Of a stretch of DNA of 61,026 bases, positions 17,290 through 26,424 are shown piece by piece (within the stretch, counting starts at the first letter, position 1; each line of letters begins with the position of its first letter). The DNA is taken from the NCBI GenBank assembly GCA_041666745.1, contig JBAYGI010000002.1, positions 102,291 through 163,316 on the forward strand, in the 5' to 3' direction. The DNA is from Candidatus Magasanikiibacteriota bacterium. Lineage in GTDB: Bacteria; Patescibacteriota; Patescibacteriia; Magasanikbacterales; GWA2-37-8. The position numbers were made by a program, and so were the translations under genes. The notes under the pieces are model-generated. The model saw only the letters and a program-made list of their open reading frames with translations. It made no database searches and was not told the DNA's origin.

Positions 17290-20200
17290 ATGTTTTTTCA
17301 AAAAATAAAAAAATTGACGATTGGTTTTGTGTTATCTGTTTTAATTTTTTCGTCAGTCGTTGGTTTTTTTATTTCTGCTGAACCGGCCAACGCCCAAGGT
17401 CCGGTACTTATATCCGGCGATATTCCAAGACAAGCCAGTGCTATCAAGGACATGATCAAAAACGGCTGGAAAATAGCCGTGCTCAATGCCGCTCAACAAG
17501 CCGTGTCTTATTTTTTACGTAAAGTTGCCTACGATACTGCCATGTATATTGCGTCCGGCAATAAAGGACAGGGTGCGTTTGTGCAAAGCAAAGGTTTTGG
17601 AGATTATTTGGCTTCAGCCGGTTCGGAGGCTGCCGGTACGGCGATCGAACAGCTCGGCAAAGGATTTGGATTGGATCTCTGTAAAATTCCTGATGTAAAA
17701 ATAGATTTAGCCTTGCGTATTGGCTTGCATTACAATTATGCTTTGGGAAGTCAACCTAGAAAGCCAGCCTGTAATTTGACAACCTTTGCCCAAAATTGGG
17801 GGAGTGACGCTTGGGCTAGTAAATACGGCGGTGGAAGCGGTCCTGGTGGTTTTGATGTCAACAAAGTTTTCAATAAAACTCTTGTGGTTGATGATGCTCC
17901 GATGGGGGTAGTACTAAAAACTACCGAAAAAATAGATCGTTTGGTAGTTAGACAAACCAATGCCGCTCAAGCTGACCGTGAAGAAGGCGCCGGTTTCAAA
18001 CCAGCAACTCGGTTGGTTTCCGGTGATATAAAAACACCTAGTCAAACAATCAAAAAACAGGCAGAAGACAATTCTCCTAGTGAACAAAACAAAAAAAGTC
18101 AGGCGCAAGTAGCGGCGGCGATGGGTTCGGGAGCGTATGAAATTCTTCCATCGACTTTGTCCTTGTTTTTAAATACTTTGGCCGGGCAGATGTTGAAAAA
18201 TTTTAAAGAAAACGGCATGTTGCCAGGTGGTCTTTGTGTGGGAAGTTTTGGTGGACCGGATTGTAAAGGCGGTCAAGGTAGTCAAGCTACAAATTTTGAG
18301 GCCGGTACATCAGTCAGTGGGCGTGCCGCCGCCGAAGCGACCTTTAGTGACTTTTTGACTATCAAATTGGACACATTATCTACTTATGATATTTTGGCTG
18401 AATTAAACAGCTGTGAATCTCACGGCCTATACAACTGTCGCGCTGATGGTGGAATAATATTGGCGTTACAACAAGCCAAACAAGAAGATCCGTTCACCAT
18501 CCAAGAAGCTATGGACAAAGGTTGGTTAAAACGCGAGTGGAAATTGATTCCACCTTCACGCGTGGCCGACAACCAAATCGGAAATGATGCTGATAAAAAT
18601 TGTTACAACAACAATTATTGCTACAGCAATCTTCAAGTATTACGTCAGTTGCGTATTTTCCCATTGGGCATGGAAATTGCCGCCAAAAATAGTGATCCGG
18701 ATCGCCCATGGACATTGAAAGAAGTTGTTGATGGTTTTTATAAATGTAATTACGAAAAAACTCCGGACGGTACAGTAGTTGGTATAAACTATGATCCGGA
18801 AAATTATCCACTTTGTCATTTGGTGGATCCAAACTGGGTGATCAAATTGGAACAAACTCGTTGTGATGCCAAAGCGTACAGTTCAGTGCCATTGAGCGCG
18901 GATGTGCCGGATCGTGTAAACGAATGTGTGGATCTCAAGACTTGTATCGGTGTGGACAAAGATAAAAATTGTGTCGGTTATGGTAATTGTGTGCGTGAAA
19001 AAAATGTATGGAAATTTGACGCAAAATCTTGTGATGCGCGCAATGTCACTTGTCGGGCTTTTACAGATAGTGCCGGCAAATCCGTTGCGTATTTGTATCG
19101 CACATTGGATACCGGTGATTGCAATCAGGATACGGCCGGTTGTACCGCATATAGTTTGGAGCAAGACAATGCTGGTTGGGAACCATTGGCAAAAACAGGT
19201 TATGGTAGTTATTCTACTGGTATTTATTTAAATAAAAATGTTTCGACCGCCTGTTCGGCCAATTCAGCTGGTTGTACGGCTCTCAAATTACCGGTTGATA
19301 CTGATCCAAATCAAAATAATTTTTATCCGATAAAAAAAGCGCCGGATTATTTGAATTGTTATGATAAAAATGCTGACAGAACAGATGGCATTCAATGGCC
19401 AAAAACATTTTCAGATATTTACCAATTAAAACCACGTCCGGAGTGTAGAGATTACGCTCAAGTTTGTATTGCCGACGAAGTTGGTTGCGCCACCTACAAA
19501 CTGGCCGATGATCCCGAGGCTCTACCTATTCCGGGTAAATTTACCCCGACAGAAACAGCTAGTGGTGTTCTTCAAAATTGGAACGATCAATGTAATCAAA
19601 AATGTGCCGGTTATGCGGCTTATCGTGAAATGCCGTCGAATTATTCTGCCGGAAATCCATTGGCATATATTATTCCACCATCCAAATACAACAACGGTGA
19701 ATCCGGAGCGACTTGCGGTGAAGATGAAGTTGGTTGCAGTAGTTTCACCAATATGGCCACTACTGAAGGTGGCGGTGAAAAGGTAGAAAATTTTACCGAT
19801 TTACGCGCTTGTATAAAACCGGATGTAAACAAACAAAAGAATTTTTATACTTATGAAGGTTCGACACTCGGTGGTTACCAACTGCAATCATATACTTTGG
19901 AAAAAGATGTAGACGGCGGACCAAAGACTGTATTTAACACACCACAAGACAAAATCGATGCCGGTCTATACAAATGTAATGCTGATCTATACAAACTTCA
20001 CCAAGAAGATACCGAATGTCATCAATTCAACGATGACAGAGGCAACATCTACTACGCGATGATGTCGCATACTATCGTAGTATCGACAGATTGCACACCG
20101 TATCGTCTCAACAGTACGGAATTAGCCGGTCCGAAGCAATGTTTTAATAATGGTGAATATAACGAAAAAGATGGCGCCTGCTATTACAACGGTCTGCCAT

Positions 20201-23200
20201 CAGGGGTAAAAGTAAGCACTCAAAATAGCGTGTCTTGTGATGCAAAAGTGGTATCTTGTCGTGCCTACAAAGGGAATAATGGTAATAATATCAAGACGGT
20301 AAATATTGCCGGAAACAATCCGGTGGAAACTTTTGAAAATCAATCGGATGTTACCGCTGCCAATGGCTGGAGAACAACTGACGGCAATATCAACTGGTCA
20401 GCCGAATCCACTCGCGCCGGTGAACATTCATTGGGGTATGTTGGGGGTGGAAAAGTATATCAAACTGTTGATCTCAAACATGACAGTCTGGATTTGCAGG
20501 GTAACACTAGTTATAGTTTGAGTTTTTGGGCAAAAGGCAATGGTGTGAATGTAGATGTGTCGATGACGGATGTCAAAAATAATATTGTTACCGCCGGCAC
20601 AATTACCGCCAACACTTCATGGCAACAGTTCACCTTCAATTTGGTTGAATTGCAATCTTCAGGCACCAGTACTATCAATTTCAAATTAAATAAAAGCGGT
20701 AATTTATTCTTGGATAATATTCGTTTGACCAAAGTGTCCGATTTGTTGTATTTGGTAAAAGATTCTTTGAAAGTTGATCCGATTTGTGATGACAACCAAA
20801 CAGACAATTTGCCGGGCGTGGCTTTGGGTTGTAATGCTTACGAAGGACCGTTAAATAGTAACGGAGACAATCTTTTCTTCCTTACCAATTTCAGTTTCTT
20901 GTGTCGTGAGGGAGCGATTGGTTGTACGGCATTTATGGATACATATAACAAAATCACCGACAGTGGTCCACGCGCATACAATGTTAGTCTGATCGGAAAA
21001 ACCGGTACAGAAGTCATCGCGCAAATCGGTGGTGATTCATACAAATGTCAAATAGAACAAGGCAAGACAAGTTGTTTTGTAAATGTCAAAGGACACACCA
21101 AAGATGAGATAGAAAAAGCCACTGGCGCAAAAGCAGAATTTGGAAATTCTACTTATTATATCCCAGCCGACACGGACAGTGCCGACCCGATTTATCTAGT
21201 AGCCAAAAATGACCAAGTGGACTATACCTGTAATTCTGCGGACTTGGGTTGTACTTATGCTGGTATGCAAAAAAGCACACCTAGTGGTGATCAATTTACA
21301 ACAACAACCATAAAACTAGATCCAGCTCAACTGGAAACCGGTGGTTCTGATGCCAGTGGCAATCCATTGCCGGTAATATTATGTCAACAACAGGCATTGG
21401 GTTGTGGTGTTTTTGGTTCCAGTCTAGGTGACGCGTATTTCAAAGATCCGGCTGTGATTGGCGCCAAAATCTGTGCATATAATCCAAGTGTCACAAAAAA
21501 TAACAACAAAGTAAGTGGTTGGTTTTGGAAAGGCGTCGGTGTGTGCGGTAATACCTCCAAAACTTGTTCTGAAGATAGCGATTGCACAGATCCGAAATCC
21601 AACACCTGTATAGACAAAGACGTCCAACCATGTTATCCGGATTATCTCCAAAATGGAAACAGCTACGGCCTCTGGTCATACGGCAACAAAGATAAATACA
21701 ACAATTTCGTCGGTGAATGTCCTGCTGAGGAAGATGCCTGTACCGAATTTGTCGATCGCAACGACAATGACAAGTCATATCCATTTATCAAAGACAGCAA
21801 AATATCCGAAGGGGATTGTGGTGGAATGGTGAGCCAAAAAGCCGGCTGTGCTATTTTTGATCAAACCGACAATCCAAATAAATTTTGGAACACCGCCGCG
21901 ACATATAGACTAAGTGATAACTCTGCCCCAGGTCAATTCAGAGATATGTCCAAAGGCACAAAAGTCCAACCACAGAATATGGGGGACAAAAACAATGCGA
22001 ATGTTATAATCAAGGTAAAAAGAGATAGAGAGTGCGCGGAGTGGTTGCAGTGTAGATCGCCTCATCCGGTTATAGATGAAAGTTCAGGTGTGTGGAAACA
22101 ATCTTGTCAAATGATAGGGCGTTGTAATAAGTTGGAAACTGGAGTAGGGAGTGATTCTTCCATGTGTGGAAATTTCAATGACAACAAACATGAATTTTCC
22201 AATCAAATATTAACTGAAAAATTGTACCAAACCAGAGATGTATCATGGGAAGGTATGGATTTGTCAGGTTTTTCCGTTTTGAATACCTATCCGTTGGAAG
22301 AAATGACACAAGTTAATATTGGTAGTGGTTCTTCAGAAAATTGGGTTTTAGCCAAAACTGTGCCTTGCGGAGGAAATAATTGTGCTTATGCCAGTCAGCC
22401 AAAACTTTTTGTATGTAAGGATGATAAATTGCCATGTGGCGCTTCTAAAGAAGGTAAATGTATCAATGGAAATTGCATTAAAAATATTGCTGAAAATGAA
22501 GAAAAAAACCAAGCCCAACAAACCAGTGTGGTAGTAACCGATTTTATAGGAGATTCTTGTCGCGCTTATCCGGAAAAAGACTCACCATTCCCAAATATTC
22601 CGTCAGTAGGTCAGAGCAAGAATTTTTCTACTGTTAATATTTGCAGTGAGGGTAATAAAACTTCCGGAACAGATGCGTATAAATGCGAGTGTGATTATTT
22701 AAAAGTGACTTATCAGAGCATAATAAAATATTTTAATTTAGATAATCCTAATAGTGTTAAACCTATAAGTGGTTCAGAGTCCGGCAAGGCTCCAGTCGGT
22801 ATTTGTTTGGGTGGAGATTCGAATGGTGCAAAATGCGCGTCGGATAGTGAATGTCTAAATAAATCAGGAAACCCAGATGGATCTTGTCAAATGCAGGATC
22901 GTGAATCCAAAGTTATCGGTTGGCATGGGTTTTGTATAGAACAGGATAAGTCTAGGGCTGTAAACGCTGACAACTCGCAGTACCCTTGTTTGACATGGTA
23001 TCCAGTAGACAATGTTTTGGGTACACCGGACATAAACGGCAATCATGTTGAGGCCGGATATGTTCCACCAGATAAAACTGACCCATTCTATTGTTTGCAG
23101 GCAAATATGTATGTACAACCAAAGGTATTTAGAGTATGTAAAAAATCACCTGATTTAGTATGTGATAATGAAAGTTGCGCAGATAAATATAAGACTACAT

Positions 23201-25224
23201 ATGATTCAAATAATAAAGTTGTTTATAACCCTTGTCCGGAGGGATATCATACTGGTGTTAATAATGGTGTTTATCGTATTGATTGTGGAAATCCTAGCGA
23301 TGATCCGGATGTAATGACGGACTGTACTTCGGGAGGGTGGAGTACAAACGGTTGTAATATTAGATGTGAATTAGATAGTCCAAGTGATGATTTGTGGATT
23401 TTAAAATCAAAGTATGCCGTCAAAGGCTTGGTTGATTATGCTTACAAATCATCTTTGTATAAACAACAAGCAGTCGCCTGTTCTTTTGTTGTAGAAATGA
23501 AAGACTCGATAGCCTACACGAATCGTTTATGGGAAAAAAGTGGTTATACTATTGATGCTTCCACTACAGCCTATCAAAACAAACTAAATTATAAATTTGA
23601 TAGTTCAAAAGCACCATTTGGTTATGCTGCTAATCCGGGAAATAAATTTTTGCCAGTTCCTTGGTGTTCAAGTCCATCTAGCGATGTGTTTGCTATGCCT
23701 AAATCAGATAATGGTTGTGAAAATAATTATTTACCAAGCGATAATGATAATTTTGGTCGTCCTTATTCCGGTTGGCAGTTTGGATCAAATGGTTCTGCTT
23801 GTGCAACCAGTGCAGATTGCAATCAACAAGTGAATTGTGGCAATAAAAGTAAATGCATGCGCCAATGTACAACAGATAGTGATTGTGTAGGAATGGAAAT
23901 ACCAACAGACTCCAGTGGATCCCCTATATTTCCTCCTAAAAAACCATCATGCAATTTATCTACGCACTATTGCTACGGTATTGCTGTATCAGTGGGACCA
24001 GTAGATCCATGTCTTTCGTCAGTAGGAGAACAATTAGAAAATGCCACGTGTGGAGAAAAAAATAAATTAAATTTTTGTGTTGGTACGTGTGGTAATAACA
24101 GCAACCAAACGTGTGCTACAACTGAAGATTGCTACGCACAGCTATGTTCCAACGGCTCTTGTTTGAATAAAGATCAAAAAGAGTCAGATGACAATAATGC
24201 TCTCAAAGATTACAACGAAGAAACCGTTAAAGGTGCGTGGAGTCTTTTGAGTCAATTGTTTGTCACCTTAAAAGATGATGCTGCTAAATTTTTTAAAGAT
24301 AAAGGATTTCAAGATTCAAAAGCGGATTTTATTGCTACAAAAAATTTAACCAGCAAGAGTGGTGTGTCTAAAGTTCCAAAAGTTCATCCAGTAGGTGATT
24401 GTGTTGGCAGTGAACGATGTAAAGAAATAAACACGAATGCTATTTCAATAAATGGCAAATATGACCAGAATGTAATACTTACAAATAGTCCGGCATATGT
24501 AGAGACGAAATTTTTTGCTTATGCTGACAAGGATCAGATGCCGATAAAACAGATAACCGTGGATTGGAACGACGACACCACAGCGGTTAAATTAGGTGGT
24601 CCAAATAGTTTTTATCGCAATCGAAGAGGTACGGTAAATGGCCAGTGCGCCACTTCTATTAATTTTGAAGGAAAGAAGTGTGTTGCACCTCTGTTTGATA
24701 TGGAAAAAACAGATAGATTTTTTTCAGACATGTCAGTGGCAGTGGTGGGAGGTAAACAATTGTATGATCTCCACGCTTGGAATGAAGTAAATTGTGATAC
24801 CGACAAAGATTGTCAAAATCTTTATCAATGTCAAAGCAATGATTTCGCTTCTAATTTCGGTCATGTTCTAAGTAGGTCTTGTGATAATAGTTATTATAAT
24901 TTTGGACATTATTATATTTGTGATAAAAATAGTGACAAATATGATCCGACATGCTCTGTAGCCACAGAAAAAGAGAAACAGTATTTCTCTGATGGATGTT
25001 GTGTGTTCCAACCAAAAGTACAAGTATTAGACAATTGGGGGTGGTGCAATGGGAAGTGTCCGGGAGGGGCAGATGGGACGGATGGGTGTTATAATGGAAA
25101 AGATAATAATGGCAAACCAATTTTTGAATGTAGTAATTTCATTAGTAATAATCCTTACACCAGTTTTGGTTCCAAAGTATTAGTAGCACCAAACAATAGT
25201 GTTGTTAACAATTTAACTTTTTAG
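17290..25224 (+). CDS. Giant (2644 aa) secreted cysteine-rich protein with an internal CBM/jelly-roll-like domain
   Basis: Signal/anchor sequence ending AEPANAQG. At least 13 copies of a G/S-C-x-x-[YF]-type motif. Six C-x4-[DE]-C motifs. Around aa 1010-1150 (nt 20317-20740) the sequence resembles CBM_4_9 (YSLSFWAKG...FLDNIRL). Confidence 0.85.
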   Translation: MFFQKIKKLTIGFVLSVLIFSSVVGFFISAEPANAQGPVLISGDIPRQASAIKDMIKNGWKIAVLNAAQQAVSYFLRKVAYDTAMYIASGNKGQGAFVQSKGFGDYLASAGSEAAGTAIEQLGKGFGLDLCKIPDVKIDLALRIGLHYNYALGSQPRKPACNLTTFAQNWGSDAWASKYGGGSGPGGFDVNKVFNKTLVVDDAPMGVVLKTTEKIDRLVVRQTNAAQADREEGAGFKPATRLVSGDIKTPSQTIKKQAEDNSPSEQNKKSQAQVAAAMGSGAYEILPSTLSLFLNTLAGQMLKNFKENGMLPGGLCVGSFGGPDCKGGQGSQATNFEAGTSVSGRAAAEATFSDFLTIKLDTLSTYDILAELNSCESHGLYNCRADGGIILALQQAKQEDPFTIQEAMDKGWLKREWKLIPPSRVADNQIGNDADKNCYNNNYCYSNLQVLRQLRIFPLGMEIAAKNSDPDRPWTLKEVVDGFYKCNYEKTPDGTVVGINYDPENYPLCHLVDPNWVIKLEQTRCDAKAYSSVPLSADVPDRVNECVDLKTCIGVDKDKNCVGYGNCVREKNVWKFDAKSCDARNVTCRAFTDSAGKSVAYLYRTLDTGDCNQDTAGCTAYSLEQDNAGWEPLAKTGYGSYSTGIYLNKNVSTACSANSAGCTALKLPVDTDPNQNNFYPIKKAPDYLNCYDKNADRTDGIQWPKTFSDIYQLKPRPECRDYAQVCIADEVGCATYKLADDPEALPIPGKFTPTETASGVLQNWNDQCNQKCAGYAAYREMPSNYSAGNPLAYIIPPSKYNNGESGATCGEDEVGCSSFTNMATTEGGGEKVENFTDLRACIKPDVNKQKNFYTYEGSTLGGYQLQSYTLEKDVDGGPKTVFNTPQDKIDAGLYKCNADLYKLHQEDTECHQFNDDRGNIYYAMMSHTIVVSTDCTPYRLNSTELAGPKQCFNNGEYNEKDGACYYNGLPSGVKVSTQNSVSCDAKVVSCRAYKGNNGNNIKTVNIAGNNPVETFENQSDVTAANGWRTTDGNINWSAESTRAGEHSLGYVGGGKVYQTVDLKHDSLDLQGNTSYSLSFWAKGNGVNVDVSMTDVKNNIVTAGTITANTSWQQFTFNLVELQSSGTSTINFKLNKSGNLFLDNIRLTKVSDLLYLVKDSLKVDPICDDNQTDNLPGVALGCNAYEGPLNSNGDNLFFLTNFSFLCREGAIGCTAFMDTYNKITDSGPRAYNVSLIGKTGTEVIAQIGGDSYKCQIEQGKTSCFVNVKGHTKDEIEKATGAKAEFGNSTYYIPADTDSADPIYLVAKNDQVDYTCNSADLGCTYAGMQKSTPSGDQFTTTTIKLDPAQLETGGSDASGNPLPVILCQQQALGCGVFGSSLGDAYFKDPAVIGAKICAYNPSVTKNNNKVSGWFWKGVGVCGNTSKTCSEDSDCTDPKSNTCIDKDVQPCYPDYLQNGNSYGLWSYGNKDKYNNFVGECPAEEDACTEFVDRNDNDKSYPFIKDSKISEGDCGGMVSQKAGCAIFDQTDNPNKFWNTAATYRLSDNSAPGQFRDMSKGTKVQPQNMGDKNNANVIIKVKRDRECAEWLQCRSPHPVIDESSGVWKQSCQMIGRCNKLETGVGSDSSMCGNFNDNKHEFSNQILTEKLYQTRDVSWEGMDLSGFSVLNTYPLEEMTQVNIGSGSSENWVLAKTVPCGGNNCAYASQPKLFVCKDDKLPCGASKEGKCINGNCIKNIAENEEKNQAQQTSVVVTDFIGDSCRAYPEKDSPFPNIPSVGQSKNFSTVNICSEGNKTSGTDAYKCECDYLKVTYQSIIKYFNLDNPNSVKPISGSESGKAPVGICLGGDSNGAKCASDSECLNKSGNPDGSCQMQDRESKVIGWHGFCIEQDKSRAVNADNSQYPCLTWYPVDNVLGTPDINGNHVEAGYVPPDKTDPFYCLQANMYVQPKVFRVCKKSPDLVCDNESCADKYKTTYDSNNKVVYNPCPEGYHTGVNNGVYRIDCGNPSDDPDVMTDCTSGGWSTNGCNIRCELDSPSDDLWILKSKYAVKGLVDYAYKSSLYKQQAVACSFVVEMKDSIAYTNRLWEKSGYTIDASTTAYQNKLNYKFDSSKAPFGYAANPGNKFLPVPWCSSPSSDVFAMPKSDNGCENNYLPSDNDNFGRPYSGWQFGSNGSACATSADCNQQVNCGNKSKCMRQCTTDSDCVGMEIPTDSSGSPIFPPKKPSCNLSTHYCYGIAVSVGPVDPCLSSVGEQLENATCGEKNKLNFCVGTCGNNSNQTCATTEDCYAQLCSNGSCLNKDQKESDDNNALKDYNEETVKGAWSLLSQLFVTLKDDAAKFFKDKGFQDSKADFIATKNLTSKSGVSKVPKVHPVGDCVGSERCKEINTNAISINGKYDQNVILTNSPAYVETKFFAYADKDQMPIKQITVDWNDDTTAVKLGGPNSFYRNRRGTVNGQCATSINFEGKKCVAPLFDMEKTDRFFSDMSVAVVGGKQLYDLHAWNEVNCDTDKDCQNLYQCQSNDFASNFGHVLSRSCDNSYYNFGHYYICDKNSDKYDPTCSVATEKEKQYFSDGCCVFQPKVQVLDNWGWCNGKCPGGADGTDGCYNGKDNNGKPIFECSNFISNNPYTSFGSKVLVAPNNSVVNNLTF

Positions 25225-25242
25225 TTATTAAAATAAAAAAAC

Positions 25243-25275
25243 AAAAAACATCCAGATTAAAAATGGATGTTTTTT
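25243..25275 (+). terminator. Rho-independent terminator of the giant gene
   Basis: AAAAAACATCCA-N9-TGGATGTTTTTT. Confidence 0.7.
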
Positions 25276-25413
25276 ATTATCCTCAATATTCAAATAAAAA
25301 TATTTAAAAACTAAGGTTTGCCCGCGGCTGTCAGGGGATGACAGCTTTGCAGATGCGGGCAAGAGAGGGGAACTGTTTGTCGGCGAGCAAGGTGGCCAAG
25401 TCAAGTGTCTGCA

Positions 25414-25938
25414 TCACTTGACCTTGCGGGTGAAGCCACCACATTCGCCACCGAAGTCTTCGGGGCAGGTGTACATGTGAGTGAAGTCGCTGTTTAACTT
25501 TACGTTTTCTTCGTAAACAGCAACATGATCAACGAACAGCACATAGCACTTGCCATTCTTGTCATGTTCGGTTTTCACCTCACACTCTTCCCACCAGTTC
25601 TGGTCCGAAGACCAGATTCCTTCGATCAAACCTTCATACTTGCACTTCTCTGTAGTCTCGCCGTCATTCGCTACGGTCGAGTCGCTCGAGTCAGTGCTAC
25701 TGTCGGTGGAATCGCTGGTGCCGTCGTTGCCGACGGCATCCTTGCTGTCCGAACTGCCGTCGTGCGAGCCAATCTCTTTGCTCGCGTCGATCTTGGCATC
25801 AACTTCCGGTTCCGGTGGTGGACATGGCTTCCCAGTCTCACAACCGGAAACCAAAAACAGGTTTGGATTACATCCGCTGGCGAACACCACCAGACAGACA
25901 GCGGCCACGAGGACCGCCAGACACCGTGCCATTTTCAT
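25414..25938 (-). CDS. Lipoprotein of unknown function, compositionally foreign (GC-rich)
   Basis: MKMARCLAVLVAAVCLVVFASGC gives a signal peptide plus lipobox, followed by a Ser/Asp-rich linker and a Cys-containing C-terminal domain. GC-rich codons are unlike the neighbours. An alternative TTG start lies at 25953. Confidence 0.65.
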   Translation of the reverse strand: MKMARCLAVLVAAVCLVVFASGCNPNLFLVSGCETGKPCPPPEPEVDAKIDASKEIGSHDGSSDSKDAVGNDGTSDSTDSSTDSSDSTVANDGETTEKCKYEGLIEGIWSSDQNWWEECEVKTEHDKNGKCYVLFVDHVAVYEENVKLNSDFTHMYTCPEDFGGECGGFTRKVK

Positions 25939-26021
25939 GGCCTGCCTCACCAACCCCGTGGTCCGGGATTCGCAATCACCGTGTATCTTTGGGTTGTGCG
26001 AAGTTGCACTACTTTGGATTA

Positions 26022-26091
26022 CGGTGGTATGTTTGTTTGTCTAGATTCCCGTTTTCACAGGAATGACCAGTCGCAAACAAACATTCCACCG
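26022..26091. repeat. Family C hairpin nested inside an 18-bp outer inverted repeat
   Basis: CGGTGGTATGTTTGTTTG ... GATTCCCGTTTTCACAGGAATGAC ... CAAACAAACATTCCACCG. Sits at the right edge of the GC-rich island. Confidence 0.8.
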
Positions 26092-26235
26092 CAATCTCGC
26101 TCACTTTTTCCTCTCTCTTGGTTGTTGGCTGTATTTAGTTCTCGTATTTAAACAAAAACCAAAACAACACTTTTCAAAGAACGAACCTGAGACGATACCA
26201 CATTCCAGTGGTTTTGTCAACTATGAGTCTCTCTC

Positions 26236-26311
26236 TTTTAGCTTGTTTTAGGTAAATATACCTATATACTGACATATTTTATACCTGTGGACAAGTGGGT
26301 GGTGGATAACT
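26236..26311 (+). repeat. Direct repeat copy 1 (60 bp identical plus a 16-bp diverged tail)
   Basis: TTTTAGCTTGTTTTAGGTAAATATACCTATATACTGACATATTTTATACCTGTGGACAAG is identical to 27852-27911. Both tails end in TGGATAACT. Confidence 0.95.
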
Positions 26312-26328
26312 CCCCAACCGTGCTGGTT

Positions 26329-26355
26329 AATTTGTGGATTGTACATCCACAAATT
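26329..26355. promoter_or_regulatory. Palindromic operator-like site AATTTGTGGAT-TGTAC-ATCCACAAATT abutting a TTGACA box
   Basis: Perfect 11-bp arms. TTGACA at 26356-26361 follows, with a 17-nt spacer to TTTAAT. Confidence 0.55.
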
Positions 26356-26424
26356 TTGACAAATTTATGGATATGTGTTTTAATATATTTAATTCAATAT
26401 TATTTATTTAACCTAATTTTACGT

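Noticed and set aside
25525-26151. Plus-strand ORFs 25525-26151, 25550-26044 and 25815-26066 in the GC-rich island
   Set aside because: They are shadow ORFs typical of GC-rich DNA opposite a real gene. Their products are low-complexity or Arg/Pro/Ser-rich, and they overlap the minus-strand lipoprotein gene, which has a proper signal peptide.
26287-26424. N-terminal extensions of listed ORFs (26287, 27967, 36256, 54200, 59957, 10715, 6481)
   Set aside because: The extensions read through promoter -10 elements, repeat copies or operator palindromes. They encode implausible peptides, and internal ATGs give canonical N-termini.
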